Part shown: positions 45,967 to 47,274 of the stretch, piece after piece
How the letters are laid out: each line of letters opens with the position of its first letter
How positions within the stretch are numbered: position 1 is the first letter of the stretch
DNA from: Bacteriovoracaceae bacterium
Lineage (GTDB): Bacteria; Bdellovibrionota; Bacteriovoracia; Bacteriovoracales; Bacteriovoracaceae
Assembly (NCBI GenBank): GCA_023954595.1
Contig: JAGSHJ010000001.1
Span: 1-47,274, forward strand
Direction of reading: 5' to 3'
Length of the DNA stretch: 47,274 bases
Translations under genes and position numbers: made by a program
The notes under the pieces: generated by a model
Told to the model about the DNA's origin: nothing
The model's database searches: none
The model's input: the letters and a program-made list of their open reading frames with translations, nothing else

Positions 45967-46198
45967 GTCCTGAGCGGCAAAGTTTGACAGTACGAGTCTA
46001 AACACCTGAAATTTCGAGGTGACCCTAAATGATATGTGCAGAAAGTGGCAATGAAATGGGCCGCTTTAACTATTTAAGCTGAGGATGTCAGAATCCTAAC
46101 AGTCTATGTAAAAATGGGAACCTTTATTCAGCTCTGCCCCATCATTTGAGATAATAGCTAAAAGTTTTACTTATAAAGATTTGTGAAAAGGAAAAGCC

Positions 46199-46633
46199 AT
46201 GAAATTATCTCTTATTATTGCATCTATTGCTTCAGCAGTTTCTATCAACGCCTTTGCAGCATGCCCTACCGACCTAAATTCTTCTTACGAGGCATCGGTT
46301 AAAAACCTAAGTCAGTGCGATCAAAGCGAAAGAATCATTCTGATGAGGGAGTTAGAAAATAGAGACCGTGAATTGAAAGAAAGAATTGAGGTTCTTCAAG
46401 ATGCCAAGGCCGTCTACACTCAAAACATTCAAGACCTGACTAGAGAGCTAACAGAACAAGACGATAAGCATATTTTTGCTCAGGAACTTAAAAATACTAG
46501 GACGGCATACATGCTTAACATGTCAGATGTTCAGATAAACATCCTAACCAAAAAGCTTGAGCAATCTAAAATCAATAGAATCAAAGATATTTTTTCAACT
46601 CTAAGAAGTACAAAAAGAAATCCTAAGCTTTAA
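46199..46633 (+). CDS. secreted coiled-coil protein, unknown function
   Basis: 144 aa. Signal peptide (SINAFA-A), a charged helical remainder, and AAAGGAAAAG upstream of the ATG. Confidence 0.5.
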   Translation: MKLSLIIASIASAVSINAFAACPTDLNSSYEASVKNLSQCDQSERIILMRELENRDRELKERIEVLQDAKAVYTQNIQDLTRELTEQDDKHIFAQELKNTRTAYMLNMSDVQINILTKKLEQSKINRIKDIFSTLRSTKRNPKL

Positions 46634-46640
46634 AGATGAA

Positions 46641-46680
46641 TTTGAATCAGGTCTTCCCCTGGCCTGATTCAAATACTTTT
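46641..46680 (+). terminator. hairpin, probable terminator
   Basis: An 11-bp stem, TTTGAATCAGG (46641..46651) pairing with CCTGATTCAAA (46663..46673), followed by TACTTTTATTT. Confidence 0.55.
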
Positions 46681-46699
46681 ATTTCTCAAAAGGTTTATA

Positions 46700-47095
46700 A
46701 TGGTTATTTCTAGAAGGCACATTCTACTTATTGACGGGCTAGGTGCACTTTTGAGCACTTCGTTTTTAGGTCTTCTACTTCCATTTTTTCAGAGTTTTAT
46801 CGGCATTCCAACAAACGCACTCTACTTGCTGGCCGTAGTGGCAGCTTTTCTGTGCATCTTTTCTCTATATAGATTTTTTCAAAGTTTCCAGGCCCAAGAC
46901 AAGGACCTTAAATTTATTGTTGTCGCGAACGCAATCTATTGTCTTCTATCTATATCCGCATTGGCGTTATATTGGGAAGAAATCACAATGATAGGTTTGG
47001 CCTACTTCTTAATTGAAACGATAGCTTTAATCCTACTAGTAAGTTTTGAGTCAAACCTACTCTCGCACACAGTGCAAAGCGAGCCTCTACTCTAG
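46700..47095 (+). CDS. hypothetical membrane protein (four TM segments)
   Basis: 131 aa and hydrophobic. No family recognised. Confidence 0.45.
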   Translation: MVISRRHILLIDGLGALLSTSFLGLLLPFFQSFIGIPTNALYLLAVVAAFLCIFSLYRFFQSFQAQDKDLKFIVVANAIYCLLSISALALYWEEITMIGLAYFLIETIALILLVSFESNLLSHTVQSEPLL

Positions 47096-47274
47096 TATGC
47101 TTCGAAAGTTCTTTTGGCCTTGTTCTTCTTTGCGCCTGGAACTTCAAAGAGCCTATTATGAAATGAAATATAAATTCCTGGCTGGATAACCTTGGCAACC
47201 ATCATCGCTTCAGTGACATTTTGAATAGCATCAGAGTCTTCAAAACCTAGCGGCTTCATTGCACCTGTAAACAC
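47092..47274 (-). CDS. C-terminal end of an unidentified protein (gene continues past the right edge)
   Basis: The open frame runs to the window edge, so the M shown in the track is an edge artefact (GTG). The tail ...GIYISFHNRLFEVPGAKKNKAKRTFEAY was not recognised. Confidence 0.4.
   Translation of the reverse strand: MFTGAMKPLGFEDSDAIQNVTEAMMVAKVIQPGIYISFHNRLFEVPGAKKNKAKRTFEAY

Noticed and set aside
45972-46065. A GGCAAAG motif and nested hairpins raised the possibility of a c-di-GMP-I (GEMM) riboswitch, a class known in Bdellovibrio.
   Set aside because: The second conserved ACGCAAAGC element, the GNRA tetraloop and its receptor are not visible, and the helices are short. It is kept only as a generic long-leader observation.
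1-47274. I searched for mobile elements, prophage remnants, CRISPR arrays, toxin-antitoxin pairs or defence islands.
   Set aside because: I saw no integrase, transposase or recombinase motifs. I also saw no direct-repeat arrays, no tRNA integration targets and no abrupt compositional shift by eye. The window looks like conserved core chromosome.

Overview
This is a dense, AT-rich window of chromosomal core genome. I count about 55 protein genes on both strands. I found no rRNA, tRNA, CRISPR array, integrase, transposase or phage genes. The gene content is housekeeping: gltX-glnS, cdnL, ndk, sucCD, tsaD-rsmA, smpB, hpt, tdk, trmFO, nadE, ald and mce. It is interleaved with envelope, motility and cell-shape functions: pal/ybgF, a GldA/F/G-like ABC system, fliL, a bactofilin, an L,D-transpeptidase-fold enzyme and a diguanylate cyclase. 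Taken together this resembles a deltaproteobacteria-like predator of the Bdellovibrionota (Bacteriovorax/Halobacteriovorax-like). That taxon call is inference only. Several long ORFs in the supplied track carry spurious N-terminal extensions, which I corrected using conserved N-termini, Shine-Dalgarno sites and a recurring TAATG stop/start overlap. I also added two genes the track misses: a partial glnS at the left edge and a 58-aa ORF at 42509..42685. I see no obvious defence island or mobile novelty. The best candidates for under-described biology are: (1) a tightly coupled operon of a YkuD+NTF2-like peptidoglycan enzyme, a membrane coiled-coil protein and a bactofilin (35029..37130), a possible cell-curvature module; (2) a receiver / hyper-acidic repeat / coiled-coil protein coupled to a GGDEF cyclase (31150..34875); (3) a lipoprotein fusing a metallophosphoesterase to a tetraheme cytochrome, placed behind an orphan pal-ybgF cluster (10990..12576); (4) a rhomboid-fold protein whose catalytic Ser codon is Gly (42752..43486); (5) a lipoprotein with a duplicated cysteine-knot-like tail (43976..45922); (6) an uncharacterised Cys-cluster protein coupled to a GHMP kinase in an hpt operon (16324..18819). 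All functional calls come from by-eye motif recognition, and no database search was run. Hand-counted coordinates of small motifs may be off by 1-2 nt, notably around 41940..42060.
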